Source of the DNA: Patescibacteria group bacterium
GTDB taxonomy: Bacteria; Patescibacteriota; Microgenomatia; UBA1406
Direction: 5' to 3'
Assembly: GCA_041665145.1 (NCBI GenBank)
Contig: JBAYJK010000004.1
Location: 66,434 to 130,433, forward strand
Length of the DNA: 64,000 nucleotides
Position 1 is the stretch's first letter. Each line of letters opens with the position of its first letter. The notes below the pieces were generated by a model. That model ran no database searches, was not told where the DNA came from, and worked only from the letters and a program-made list of their open reading frames with translations. Positions 17,027-26,722 of the stretch are shown in pieces. Position numbers and translations under genes: made by a program.

Positions 17027-17935
17027 ATGAACCTGTCACTCGTTCAATTTCACAGCAGTGTTGGTGTAGAACTCCCGGGTCTTTTGTATGAACAAAATAG
17101 CAAGTCTGACAAAGTGGCCATCTACCTGCATGGAAACGGAAGTGCTGGAGGATTTTATAGTGTTGAGTTACAAAATACGCTGGGTAAAACGCTTACCGAC
17201 AACGGAATTTCATATCTGTCATTCACAAACACAGGAGGGCATCTTATACAAAGCTTCGATAAAGTAGTTGGAGATAAACGTGAACGCTACAAAGCCGGTG
17301 TTGCATATGAATTAATTAAGGATTGTATCCAGGATATCGACGGTGCAGTCAATTTTGCTAAAAGCAAAGGATACAAACATATATACCTGCTCGGTTCTTC
17401 AACAGGGGCAAACAAGATTTGTGTATACGACTGGTACAAGAAACAAAATGACATAGAGAAATATGTTCTCTTTAGCGGAGGCGACGATTCGGGTTTCTAT
17501 TATCAATCCATTGGGGATGACAGGTTCGAACATGTGTTGAAACTTTGTGAATCGAGAATTAAATCCGGAAAGGGCAGGAATTTTGTTCCTAAATATATTT
17601 CCGAAATGCCGATTTCGTTTCAATCACTCTATGATCAGATAAATCCGGAAGGCGATTATAATTGCTTCCCGTACTATTGGATGCTAAACAGCATCAAAAT
17701 TATGAAGAAAGAACCGTTCCGAGAAATCAAAAGCATAACCAAACCTTCGCTTGTTTTATATGGCGGACAAGACGAGTTCTGTTACGGAAAAGTACCCGAG
17801 TGTGTAGACATCCTTAAGAAGGCGCTTTCTGGAAAAAGTAATTTTCAGTATGGAATAATTCCCGACGCTGATCATTCCTTTTTCGGCAAACGACCAGAAC
17901 TGGCACAAATAATTAAAAAGTTCCTTAAAGAGTAA
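17027..17935 (+). CDS. alpha/beta hydrolase
   Basis: 'GSSTGAN' nucleophile elbow and C-terminal 'DADHSF'. The ORF-track GTG 17006 lies upstream of the TATAAT at 17012-17017, so ATG 17027 is preferred. Confidence 0.65.
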   Translation: MNLSLVQFHSSVGVELPGLLYEQNSKSDKVAIYLHGNGSAGGFYSVELQNTLGKTLTDNGISYLSFTNTGGHLIQSFDKVVGDKRERYKAGVAYELIKDCIQDIDGAVNFAKSKGYKHIYLLGSSTGANKICVYDWYKKQNDIEKYVLFSGGDDSGFYYQSIGDDRFEHVLKLCESRIKSGKGRNFVPKYISEMPISFQSLYDQINPEGDYNCFPYYWMLNSIKIMKKEPFREIKSITKPSLVLYGGQDEFCYGKVPECVDILKKALSGKSNFQYGIIPDADHSFFGKRPELAQIIKKFLKE

Positions 17936-17954
17936 TTATAATTTCGTTACAAAT

Positions 17955-18326
17955 ATGAAAACAGTATTTCTTTGTACTCCCCATAAACTAGGTGAGTTAA
18001 ATTTTGAATTAATAAATAGAATTAAGGCTCTTGGTTTCGAAGTTCTGTGTGCAGTAACACATAGTCCACAAAATGTTTCTCACGATAAAATGTTTGAAAC
18101 CAATGTTGGACTTATCCGTAAGGCAGATATCTTTGTTGCAGTTCTTAAGGATTACGGAAAAGATCTGACAGCAGAGGTGGGAATGGCTTACGCATGGAAT
18201 ATGCCCCGTATCGGAGTAAACTACACCGCAGATGAAAAAGACATAATGTGCTACTACGCACTCGATCAAATTGTAAAACCAGATCAATTAGAAGAAACTC
18301 TCAGAGAATACTTATCAGATAATTAA
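17955..18326 (+). CDS. nucleoside 2-deoxyribosyltransferase-like protein
   Basis: 123-aa Rossmann-like protein with 'ADIFVAVL...GKDLTAEVGMAYA' (the D/E...E.G.A pattern of the NDT-like family). Weak call. Confidence 0.45.
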   Translation: MKTVFLCTPHKLGELNFELINRIKALGFEVLCAVTHSPQNVSHDKMFETNVGLIRKADIFVAVLKDYGKDLTAEVGMAYAWNMPRIGVNYTADEKDIMCYYALDQIVKPDQLEETLREYLSDN

Positions 18327-18345
18327 TTACTAATCTAAAGAAACC

Positions 18346-18771
18346 ATGTCCCAAGATTTCACAAAAAGATTATCAATCATTATCGACAGAAGTCTTCCCG
18401 CATGGAAGGCAATGAATACGGTGGCACATATTTCCGCGTATTTTGGCCACACGTTTAAAGAAAATTTCGGTACAGGCGAGTTTTTCAATACAAAGGACGG
18501 AGCAGATTTACCCCGGAATACACAATATCCGATTATCATCTTCGCTGCTGAGCACGACGCTGTTCAATCTTTTGCAAAAGATATCAGGGAGAATACTAAT
18601 GTCCAAAAGATGTTCTTTACGAACGAAATGGTCGAATCTACCGATGATGAAGAAATACAAACAATTACTACACAAAAGGCTTTTGATGAGGTAGAAATTT
18701 TGGGTGTAGGAATATTCGGAGAACATGCAACCGTTAAAACCTTGACCAAGAAATTCAAGCTCTGGTCGTAA
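18346..18771 (+). CDS. DUF2000-like protein
   Basis: 141 aa. 'LPAWKAMNTVAHISAYFG' resembles DUF2000 from memory. Confidence 0.45.
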   Translation: MSQDFTKRLSIIIDRSLPAWKAMNTVAHISAYFGHTFKENFGTGEFFNTKDGADLPRNTQYPIIIFAAEHDAVQSFAKDIRENTNVQKMFFTNEMVESTDDEEIQTITTQKAFDEVEILGVGIFGEHATVKTLTKKFKLWS

Positions 18772-18803
18772 AGATCACAGAATCTGGTTTAGCCCTCTCT
18801 GGT

Positions 18804-18832
18804 TTGCCAAACCTATAGTATAGGAGTATACT
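18804..18832 (+). promoter_or_regulatory. sigma-70-type promoter, leaderless geometry
   Basis: -35 TTGCCA (18804-18809), 17-nt spacer, -10 TATACT (18827-18832), then 6 nt to ATG 18839. Confidence 0.65.
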
Positions 18833-18838
18833 ATAGAG

Positions 18839-19942
18839 ATGTCACAAGAAACTGTGCATTTGTGGGTAGCGGGCGCAGATGGTAACGGTGGGGCAATGAC
18901 GGCCCTGCGGCTGGCTTTTGGTGAAAAGGGCTACGTGACCAGTTCGCTTCTTCCCACCTCGCTTCGTTCCGTTCAAGATGCATTTCCATTACGTCCTGGT
19001 GAACGTTCAAAAGAGCAACACTACCATAACACCGCTACTGCAATTCAGGAGAAATTAGGTTCCCAAAATCATATTGTTATCGAGCTTCATTCGGGTGGAT
19101 TGTGGGAGTTTATCCAGATGGCTCCACATATAGATACAAGTTTTTGGCAGGGGAAGGAAATTGATGTTGTAATTCTTGGTGGAGCGGGAATTGCCGAAAA
19201 AGGTCTCCGTTCTTTTTTTAAGCGTCTCGGTAACGTCGCCGAGAGCATGAAATACGGCGAACAACACTCTGTATTCCCCATAGATTCAGAACACTACTAC
19301 GAAACTATGCAAAAAGAGTACCCTAACACATATGGTGATACTAAAGAGAGTCGTGCAGATCGAAGAGCTCGGTTCCTCAAAGTTTTTCAAACCCTCGAAC
19401 CAGATGTGAGGCATCGCCAGAAAATACTGAATCGTATCGCAGAAATAGACAACCGCATGCATTACGTTTCGAGAGAAGAAATTGATGTGTACATAGATCA
19501 ACGAGCACACATATTGGCACCATATATTACGAAGATGTTTCATGGAGATCATATTCCGGCACAAACCCACCAACGAGTAATGCAAGAATACGGCGAAGTA
19601 ATGGGTACCCGAGAAAAACTAAAGATACTTGCACCATCTGTTATCGCGGGATTATCTCTGCTTGCTACGTCTCTCCAACAAACTCGCCGTGGGATAGATA
19701 CATATCTATTACAAATATTGAGCCGCATTGAAGACAGTGGCGCAGAAGTACGGTTGCATGCGGTTGTCCCCGAATTTGATGCGATGGTTTCGCCACGAGA
19801 CATAGATTTTACGGGTCCTCCACAAATTGCTAGTAATGGGTTACCATTAAACAGTGTGTTTGTAGCTCGGAATTTCAGTCATGGGAGTTGGGGAATAAAC
19901 GAAGACGCTATAAGAAATGCCTTACGGAATCTATTTGGTTAA
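18839..19942 (+). CDS. hypothetical protein (possible hydrolase fold)
   Basis: 367-aa ORF. 'ELHSGG' could be a nucleophile elbow. Otherwise unrecognised. Confidence 0.5.
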   Translation: MSQETVHLWVAGADGNGGAMTALRLAFGEKGYVTSSLLPTSLRSVQDAFPLRPGERSKEQHYHNTATAIQEKLGSQNHIVIELHSGGLWEFIQMAPHIDTSFWQGKEIDVVILGGAGIAEKGLRSFFKRLGNVAESMKYGEQHSVFPIDSEHYYETMQKEYPNTYGDTKESRADRRARFLKVFQTLEPDVRHRQKILNRIAEIDNRMHYVSREEIDVYIDQRAHILAPYITKMFHGDHIPAQTHQRVMQEYGEVMGTREKLKILAPSVIAGLSLLATSLQQTRRGIDTYLLQILSRIEDSGAEVRLHAVVPEFDAMVSPRDIDFTGPPQIASNGLPLNSVFVARNFSHGSWGINEDAIRNALRNLFG

Positions 19943-19952
19943 CAAGTACAAT

Positions 19953-20489
19953 CTAATTTCCCATAAGTTCGAAGATTTTTCTTGTCGTATTGTAATTGCG
20001 CATTGTGAGATCCTGGTATATTTTCTTCCCGACAAGTTTGGTAAACCCGCTTTTTGTGAGACCACTCGTAAGCGTGGTCATATACACAACACCCGGCCCG
20101 GTCTTCACAAAGTCCACACCATCTTTCAGTTTAATTTCTTTCACCACATCTTCCTCCGTGACAGGCTCCCTCACAAAAGCAACATAACACCGGATATCGT
20201 CTCGAGTTTTCCATTCATGAGGAACATCAGTAAGTACCGTTCTCAATTCGTCATAAGACCTCACCATAACCCGCAAGGACATTACAAACGTTTCGGACAG
20301 TAATTTCTCAAGTTTTTTGGAAACACTTGTACTATTGTCATCATCCGATTCAAACAGCACATTTCCGCTTTGAATATATGTACTGACGTTTTGAAAACCT
20401 CCGTCTTCAAAAACCGCTTTCAAATCTGCCATTTTAATAAGATTGTTTCCTCCAACGTTTATTCCCCGAAGTAAAGCGATGTATTTCAT
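19953..20489 (-). CDS. DUF1697 family protein
   Basis: N-terminus 'MKYIALLRGINVGGNNLIKMADLK' is the characteristic DUF1697 start. Confidence 0.8.
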   Translation of the reverse strand: MKYIALLRGINVGGNNLIKMADLKAVFEDGGFQNVSTYIQSGNVLFESDDDNSTSVSKKLEKLLSETFVMSLRVMVRSYDELRTVLTDVPHEWKTRDDIRCYVAFVREPVTEEDVVKEIKLKDGVDFVKTGPGVVYMTTLTSGLTKSGFTKLVGKKIYQDLTMRNYNTTRKIFELMGN

Positions 20490-20498
20490 GGTCTGTGT

Positions 20499-21623
20499 TT
20501 ATTTGAGTGCTTCTACATTCACTCTGATAATTTTATCATCTCCGAAGCGGGGAAGTGCCCGTCCATCGCGATTACTCGTTGTTAGATACAGATAACCGTC
20601 AGGACCGGTAACTGCGGCTCTCAATCTCCCATATGTGCCCTGCAAATACCTACTGAGGGAAACCTTATTCCCGGCTCCGATTGTTGCTTTATAAAGAGAT
20701 TCTCCCCGAAGACCGGAGAAATATAAGTTTCCGTCCACGAACGTGAGTCCGGAAGGCGCCCAGGTATCCTGACTGCCGGAATGGATAACGGGAACTATCA
20801 TTTCATTTTTTTGCTGGTCACCCTTGATAATTGGCCAACCGTAATTCCCGCCTTTTTTGATAATATTGAGCTCGTCGTAACCCGTTTCAAGTCCTGACGG
20901 GCCGTGCTCTGTTTCCCACAGTGTTCTGCTTGCATCCCATACAAGTCCCTGTGGATTCCGATGTCCGTATGAATACACTGCATTCCCGAACGGATTGTCT
21001 TTGGGAATTGATCCGTCATCCGTTATTCTGAGTATCTTGCCGTTGAGTGATGTAGTGTCCTGTGCTGAGCTGGGGTTTTCCGCGTCGCCCGTTGTGATAT
21101 ATAGATATCCATCAGGACCGAACGCAATCCTCCCGCCGTCATGATTTGCGGATCCCTTTATTCCCTCAAGAATAACCACACGGTTAGTCAGGGTATCCTT
21201 TATAAATTTATAGCGCTCAACGCGATTTGTTATTCCACCCGCAGTTCGTGTCGTTGAATAGAGATACACATAATGATTTGTCTTAAAATTGGGGTGGAGC
21301 GCCATTCCCAGAAGTCCGCCTTCTCCGATATGAGCTACACCCGCAATCTCCTGGACAACCTGAGTTCTTGCTCCCACCCTGAGTAACTTCCCCGAACGTT
21401 CGGTCACCAGCATATCTCCCTCCGGCAAGAAAACAATTTCCCAGGGAATCTCAAGGTTCTCTGCTAAAACTTCTGGGTTGACAGATTTTGTCGGAACAGG
21501 TGACGCTGAGCGTATTGAATTACCTGGACGGTTTCCTTCTTGCTTTGTTGGAAGACGGAAATAAAACCATAAACCCCCGAATAATGTCATCAAAACCAGA
21601 AGAGCAACTCCTTTCTTCATCAT
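20499..21623 (-). CDS. PQQ-dependent sugar dehydrogenase (soluble aldose dehydrogenase-like beta-propeller)
   Basis: Signal/TM at the N-terminus. 'YSYGHRNPQG', 'GGNYGWP', 'EHGPSG'. Confidence 0.85.
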   Translation of the reverse strand: MMKKGVALLVLMTLFGGLWFYFRLPTKQEGNRPGNSIRSASPVPTKSVNPEVLAENLEIPWEIVFLPEGDMLVTERSGKLLRVGARTQVVQEIAGVAHIGEGGLLGMALHPNFKTNHYVYLYSTTRTAGGITNRVERYKFIKDTLTNRVVILEGIKGSANHDGGRIAFGPDGYLYITTGDAENPSSAQDTTSLNGKILRITDDGSIPKDNPFGNAVYSYGHRNPQGLVWDASRTLWETEHGPSGLETGYDELNIIKKGGNYGWPIIKGDQQKNEMIVPVIHSGSQDTWAPSGLTFVDGNLYFSGLRGESLYKATIGAGNKVSLSRYLQGTYGRLRAAVTGPDGYLYLTTSNRDGRALPRFGDDKIIRVNVEALK

Positions 21624-21663
21624 CTACAGGTTACCATAAAAATTACTTGTTACAATCTGTACT

Positions 21664-21924
21664 ATGCACTATTTCTATATGGTCCGTTGTGCCGATAATT
21701 CTTTGTATTGTGGTCAGACAACCGACTTGAAAAGAAGAGTTGAAGAACATAATTCGGACGACAAGAGATCTGCTAAATACACCAAAAGCAGACGGCCCGT
21801 AAAACTGGTTCATTCCGAACAGTTTACGACCGCAAGCGAAGCATTGAAACGTGAATATGAGGTGAAACAATGGAGTAAACTTGAAAAAGAAAAACTTGTA
21901 TCTGGTATACTGAAAATATCGTGA
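21664..21924 (+). CDS. GIY-YIG nuclease-domain protein (stand-alone)
   Basis: 'YFYMVRCADNSLYCGQTTDLKRRVEEHN'. 86 aa. Extended -10 TGtTACAAT lies 7 nt upstream of the ATG. Confidence 0.85.
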   Translation: MHYFYMVRCADNSLYCGQTTDLKRRVEEHNSDDKRSAKYTKSRRPVKLVHSEQFTTASEALKREYEVKQWSKLEKEKLVSGILKIS

Positions 21925-22235
21925 ATAAGATATTCAAGTCTGCTTTTATTAATGTCTCGTTAACGTTTCTTTATATCGTCGCCGTTGCTGCTTTCATGTA
22001 CTATGCCGGTGAGAATAAAATCGGGCAGGTAAAAACTATTGCAGCACCAATTGCATTATTGCTACTGTTTGTCTTTTCTGCTGCATTTACCGGATATTTC
22101 ATATTCGGCCGTCCGGCAATCATGTTCCTTGATGGGAAAAAGAAAGAGGCGATTGCGTTGCTTACCTACACCTTTATCTTATTTTTTGCAGTAACTCTCA
22201 TCGCTCTTATATCTCTTATCGCACTCGGAAAATAA
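21921..22235 (+). CDS. small membrane protein
   Basis: Three predicted TM helices. Start overlaps the upstream stop (GTGA). Confidence 0.55.
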   Translation: MNKIFKSAFINVSLTFLYIVAVAAFMYYAGENKIGQVKTIAAPIALLLLFVFSAAFTGYFIFGRPAIMFLDGKKKEAIALLTYTFILFFAVTLIALISLIALGK

Positions 22236-22301
22236 CTATTAATTTCCTTGAAAGAAAATACCCCTCTCATGTGTATTACTGGTAGAAAGGAGATGAAACA
22301 C

Positions 22302-22676
22302 ATGAAGAAAACACTTTTAACTTTAACAGCACTCAGCATCGTTGCAGGAGGATTGCTTATATCTTCACCAAGCGTACGTGCGTATAGAGGAGACCCTGCA
22401 GTACAAGGTCCCAACTACACGGCAGAACGACACGAAGCAATGGAGAAAGCATTCGCTACAAATGACTACAATGCGTGGAAGAATCTTATGCAGGGCCGCG
22501 GACGCGTTACCCAGGTTGTCAACAAAGATAACTTTGCAAAATTTGCAAAAGCTCACGAGCTCGCAGAAGATGGTAAGACTCAAGAAGCTGCTGCCATCCG
22601 AACAGAACTCGGACTTGGTCTGCAGAATGGCTCCGGACGTAACGGAGGAGGTATGGGAAGAAATTTCAGTAAGTAA
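22302..22676 (+). CDS. small secreted protein
   Basis: Signal peptide 'MKKTLLTLTALSIVAGGLLISSPSVRA'. A rare clear SD (AAGGAG, 22287-22292) lies 9 nt upstream of ATG 22302. Confidence 0.55.
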   Translation: MKKTLLTLTALSIVAGGLLISSPSVRAYRGDPAVQGPNYTAERHEAMEKAFATNDYNAWKNLMQGRGRVTQVVNKDNFAKFAKAHELAEDGKTQEAAAIRTELGLGLQNGSGRNGGGMGRNFSK

Positions 22677-22774
22677 ATCTGCTGTTCGCCATGTCCCGAT
22701 ATTCGTATCGGGATTTTGGCGTACACGGAGTACATGAAAGAAATAACAGGGTTAACTTGTATTACAATACATAC

Positions 22775-23320
22775 ATGGAGAAGCATGATCACTACACCGA
22801 CGAAGAACTGGTTGAGTTGGTACGTAAACAAGATACCGAAATGTACCGCGAACTGGTTATGCGCTATGAGGCAAAGCTCATTAAATACGCCACCTATTTG
22901 ATACGGGACGAGCACATTGCGAAAGATGCCGTGCAGGAATCTTTTATAAAGGCATATGTTAATTTGCAGAGCTTTGATTGTAAAAAGAAGTTTTCCAGCT
23001 GGCTCTATCGCATTGTACATAACGAAACTATGAACGCGGTAAAAAAATATAAAAAGGAGATTCCGATGGCAGAGCATTTTGAGAAGGCAGATGAGGGAAA
23101 CATTGAGGAAGATTTCGGTACGAAAGAAATGCAGCGGCGTGCACACAAGTGTTTGGAATCCATGCCGACGCTTTACGCAGAACCATTAGTCTTGTATTAC
23201 ATGGATGACAAATCGTATGAAGAAATAAGCGATGTACTACGTCTCCCCATGGGAACAGTCGCTACACGAATCAATCGCGCAAAAGTTATAATGAAAAAAA
23301 TATGCGAAAAAAACAAATAA
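22775..23320 (+). CDS. ECF-type RNA polymerase sigma-70 factor
   Basis: Region 2 'FSSWLYRIVHNETMN', region 4 'SYEEISDVLRLPMGTVATRINRAK'. Start reassigned to ATG 22775 (TACAAT 22763-22768 + 6 nt). Confidence 0.85.
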   Translation: MEKHDHYTDEELVELVRKQDTEMYRELVMRYEAKLIKYATYLIRDEHIAKDAVQESFIKAYVNLQSFDCKKKFSSWLYRIVHNETMNAVKKYKKEIPMAEHFEKADEGNIEEDFGTKEMQRRAHKCLESMPTLYAEPLVLYYMDDKSYEEISDVLRLPMGTVATRINRAKVIMKKICEKNK

Positions 23321-23802
23321 CACAAAACCTGAAGGATCTTAAAATAACAGACACCGTCATGAGTAAGATAGAAAAAGGCGAAATTTCCATGAAGCCGAAA
23401 ATATATTTTTTGGCCGGTTCACTGTTTGCCGGAATCGGTTTGGCTGCAAGTATTGTCGCCTCAACCTTTCTGATCGCACTGTTCCGCTTCTCACTGCGGA
23501 CTCATGGCCCGATGGGTGAATACCGCTTCCAGGAATTAGTAACAAATTTCCCGTGGTGGGCTTTGATACTTGCAATCGTGGGCATGGTTGCAGGAATCAA
23601 GTTACTCCGAAAATATGATTTTTCGTACAAACACAATTTCCTGTTCGTCGTCGCCCTATTCATCGCATCAATTATTCTCGCCGGCTTCCTCGTTGATATG
23701 AGCGGATTAAACGATGTCTGGTTTCGACAGGGTCCGATGAGAGGCGTTATGCAAAAATACGGCCAGATTCAAGGTGCGGAATTCAAAAGAAATCGTTACT
23801 AG
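23302..23802 (+). CDS. membrane protein, putative anti-sigma factor
   Basis: Overlaps the sigma gene end. Multiple TM helices. The start is uncertain (23302 or ATG 23359). Confidence 0.5.
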   Translation: MRKKQITQNLKDLKITDTVMSKIEKGEISMKPKIYFLAGSLFAGIGLAASIVASTFLIALFRFSLRTHGPMGEYRFQELVTNFPWWALILAIVGMVAGIKLLRKYDFSYKHNFLFVVALFIASIILAGFLVDMSGLNDVWFRQGPMRGVMQKYGQIQGAEFKRNRY

Positions 23803-23831
23803 AAACCTCCGGAGTATATTATAATACCGTT

Positions 23832-24965
23832 GTGATTAAGAAGCTGCTGTTTGTCATACTCCTTTTCGGGATAGCTGGGGGAATTCTTGGTAGTTATTTA
23901 TTTTTTACTCGTCCCGAAACAATCCTTCCTCAAGGAAAGAAAGTCATCGGTTTTTTGCCATATTGGCTCTTGAGCAGAGCAAAAGCCGATTACTCACCAT
24001 ATGTAACCCAGCTTTCATACTTCGGAGTAACGGTTCATGAGGACGGGACGGTTCTGCGCCTGCAAAATGCGCAAGAGACAGAACCGGGATGGCTTGCATT
24101 GAAAACCGGGAAAGTGGATACATTCCTGGAATCAGCCAAGAATAAAAATATTTCGCTCTCCCTTACGGCTTTTAACGGAGATGTTGACTCGATTAACCGT
24201 CTCATGGAACACCCAAAAGTTCATGCACGGAATCTTGTGCGCGACATTGCCCCTGTCATGCGACAATACGGATTTACCGACCTGAATCTGGATATCGAGA
24301 GTGTTGCTGACGCTTCTTCGGAGGGTCAATTGCGATTCGTACAGTTTGTCCGGGAGCTGAAAGAGAATATGGATAGGGAAAAATTAGGAACGCTAACAGT
24401 AGACATCACCGCATCATCGTTAATAAGAAAGAATCTTATCAATCCGTTTCTGATTGCTCCGTATGTTGACTACATTATTATCATGGCCTACGATTTCCAC
24501 TATTCCGGCTCATACGTTACCGGACCTGTTGCTCCGTTAAAAGGAACAGAAACCGTTGCAGAGCTCGATAGCAATGTGGTAGTTAAAGAGGCGCTATCAA
24601 AAATACCGTCTCATAAAATCATCCTTGGAATTCCGCTTTACGGCTACAAATGGGAAACGCTCAACTCTGAACCACGAGCTGCAATAATCCCCGGAACAGG
24701 ACTGGCTATCAGCTCTCAGAATGTCGAGCAATTTCTCGCAGACTGTGCGTCATGTAGTGCACAAATTGACCAAGCAGCAGAAGAAAAGTACATAGTTTAC
24801 AAAGATGAAGAAACCGGAACTTTTTATCAAATATTTTACCCAGATAAAAATTCCACTTCGCAAAAAATTAAGTATGTTGAGGCTAATTCTCTCGGGGGTG
24901 TTGCGTTATGGGCACTTGGATATGAAGATAGTTCTATTCTTGACCCGCTCAAGAACTTCAAATAA
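23832..24965 (+). CDS. glycoside hydrolase family 18 (chitinase-like) protein
   Basis: N-terminal TM. Catalytic 'FTDLNLDIES' (DxxDxDxE) and 'MAYDFH'. GTG start with TATAAT (23820-23825) + 6 nt. Confidence 0.8.
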   Translation: MIKKLLFVILLFGIAGGILGSYLFFTRPETILPQGKKVIGFLPYWLLSRAKADYSPYVTQLSYFGVTVHEDGTVLRLQNAQETEPGWLALKTGKVDTFLESAKNKNISLSLTAFNGDVDSINRLMEHPKVHARNLVRDIAPVMRQYGFTDLNLDIESVADASSEGQLRFVQFVRELKENMDREKLGTLTVDITASSLIRKNLINPFLIAPYVDYIIIMAYDFHYSGSYVTGPVAPLKGTETVAELDSNVVVKEALSKIPSHKIILGIPLYGYKWETLNSEPRAAIIPGTGLAISSQNVEQFLADCASCSAQIDQAAEEKYIVYKDEETGTFYQIFYPDKNSTSQKIKYVEANSLGGVALWALGYEDSSILDPLKNFK

Positions 24966-25026
24966 CCATTAACCATTAACTCTTAACTCTCAGCTATTAA
25001 CTATCTACTCTGTACTATTAACTAAG
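24964..25026. repeat. heptanucleotide-periodic array, 9 units
   Basis: AACCATT AACCATT AACTCTT AACTCTC AGCTATT AACTATC TACTCTG TACTATT AACTAAG. Almost free of G on the top strand. Confidence 0.8.
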
Positions 25027-25622
25027 TCTGTTTCTCTCGTTTCGTCATTGTAATACAATATATTACCTTCAGGTATTTTTATTACCTGACTTACTACATA
25101 CAGATTATTGAATCCGACGGTTGCTTCTCCGGACACGGCTTCCACGGAAACAATCGGTCTATCCGGATTAACTGTTATCGTCGCGGTACCCTCGCTCATT
25201 TCCACCAACATTCCCCGCACCCGTACTGAAAGAGGAGTTGCCCCGAGTCTCACGTACGTTGCATTTCCGCTTCTTTGCTGTACAACGAAGCTTGCGGGCA
25301 AGGTCTGCACAAAGTTTACGTGTGATTCGGCCGATAATTTGACTATAGCCATATCCCGGAATTCCACATCGACTGTCCCGTTCCTTGTCTGTAGTTCTTC
25401 TCCCTGTTTTACCATCTGCGGTCTTGTTATCACCGCCCCGTCCGTTGCCGAGCGCGACTGCCACAATACCTCACCGGAAAGATCGGTAATTGTGCCACGG
25501 GCAGACTCTTTTGGGGGGGTGCTGATTGAATACGGCACAAAAGGCGTCGGCACAACTGTCGGTTGTGAAATCAAATTCAAGCCTGAGAATAATGAAACAA
25601 AAAAAGCAACAAACTCTTTCAT
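25005..25622 (-). CDS. secreted FecR-domain-like protein
   Basis: Signal peptide. Beta-rich sequence with a 'G.A.V....' pattern similar to 58262..59341. Last gene of the Dsb/cupredoxin operon. Confidence 0.5.
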   Translation of the reverse strand: MKEFVAFFVSLFSGLNLISQPTVVPTPFVPYSISTPPKESARGTITDLSGEVLWQSRSATDGAVITRPQMVKQGEELQTRNGTVDVEFRDMAIVKLSAESHVNFVQTLPASFVVQQRSGNATYVRLGATPLSVRVRGMLVEMSEGTATITVNPDRPIVSVEAVSGEATVGFNNLYVVSQVIKIPEGNILYYNDETRETDLVNSTE

Positions 25623-26263
25623 GGTTTCAGCAGCCCTTTTACGGTTGCCGCAAGGTCACCGTTTTGTCCGGTAAACATTTCACCGTTAACAAAAAAAGTT
25701 GGTGTCTGATTAATGGCGAGCGCATTACCGTCGTTCATATCTTGACGGATTTTTCCTTCGTATTTATTTGCTTTCACTTCTTTCTGGAATCTGTCTGTAT
25801 TTAATTTTAGAGATGTGGCATATTTGACAAATATCTGCAAAGGGGAAGTGCTTTCGCTCCATTCAGCCTGTTTTTCAAACAACAAATCATGCATCTCCCA
25901 GTATTTACCTTGAGCACCAGCAGCCTCGGCAGCCTCGGCTGCTATTTGTGCATTCGGATGTTGTGGAAGGGGGTAGTTTCTGAAAACATATGTGATTTTT
26001 CCTTTGTGTTCGGCGAGTATTTTTTTTACTAACGGTTGCACTGCACTACAGGCAGGGCATTGGTAATCTCCGAATTCGACAATAGTAACTTTGGCATTGG
26101 GAACTTCTTTTTTATCGCTCGTTTTCCTAATGAGCACGGCAGGATCAGCAGAAGTGGTTGATGTGCTCAGCGGGTTCGAGCTGCTCGCAAAGAAAGCTGC
26201 ACCTCCGAGAAGCAGAACTACGGCCGCAATTATAATTGAGAGCATCTTTGTTTCGTTACTCAT
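25619..26263 (-). CDS. DsbA-like thiol:disulfide oxidoreductase
   Basis: N-terminal TM. 'CPAC' active site in a thioredoxin fold. 'TPTFFVNG'. Confidence 0.85.
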   Translation of the reverse strand: MSNETKMLSIIIAAVVLLLGGAAFFASSSNPLSTSTTSADPAVLIRKTSDKKEVPNAKVTIVEFGDYQCPACSAVQPLVKKILAEHKGKITYVFRNYPLPQHPNAQIAAEAAEAAGAQGKYWEMHDLLFEKQAEWSESTSPLQIFVKYATSLKLNTDRFQKEVKANKYEGKIRQDMNDGNALAINQTPTFFVNGEMFTGQNGDLAATVKGLLKP

Positions 26264-26691
26264 GTTTTTTTAGAATTTATATAAAAAAATACACTCAAGG
26301 AAATAGCCAAGAATGCAACGAATGACAAGAAAGGTATTGTCACAAAACCATACCACTCGATAAACTTTGTTGTACATGAAATGCCTTGTACACACGGCTT
26401 TATACTTTCGGGAAGCAATTTGTAGTACAACAGATTATGGTAAACAGCTATGAGCGCACCCGCAATGCTGAGAGGTAATATGTACCATCTAAGGTCGCTT
26501 GTTTTTTTGATAATAGCGACCGCAATAATCGGTACCAGCGGATACATGAAGATTCTCTGATACCAACAGAGCACACAGGGGGGGTATTTCAATACTTCGC
26601 TGAAATACAAACTACCCAACATTGAGAGCAAGGCAACAGTCCACGCAACATACAGTAGATTCTTTCTTACAAAACCGATCATTGGTATCAC
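26260..26691 (-). CDS. disulfide bond formation protein DsbB/BdbC-like
   Basis: 4-TM protein with 'CVLCWYQR' and a second Cys pair 'CVQGISC'. The start is GTG 26691 or ATG 26682. Confidence 0.8.
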   Translation of the reverse strand: MIPMIGFVRKNLLYVAWTVALLSMLGSLYFSEVLKYPPCVLCWYQRIFMYPLVPIIAVAIIKKTSDLRWYILPLSIAGALIAVYHNLLYYKLLPESIKPCVQGISCTTKFIEWYGFVTIPFLSFVAFLAISLSVFFYINSKKT

Positions 26692-26722
26692 GTATTATAC
26701 AAAAATCTGCATGCTTTCAAAT

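Noticed and set aside
22580-23146. 188-aa minus-strand ORF
   Set aside because: It lies antisense to the well-supported ECF sigma factor gene and has no motifs.
25108-25674. 188-aa plus-strand ORF
   Set aside because: It lies antisense to the FecR-like/DsbA operon, whose genes have signal peptides and a CPAC motif.
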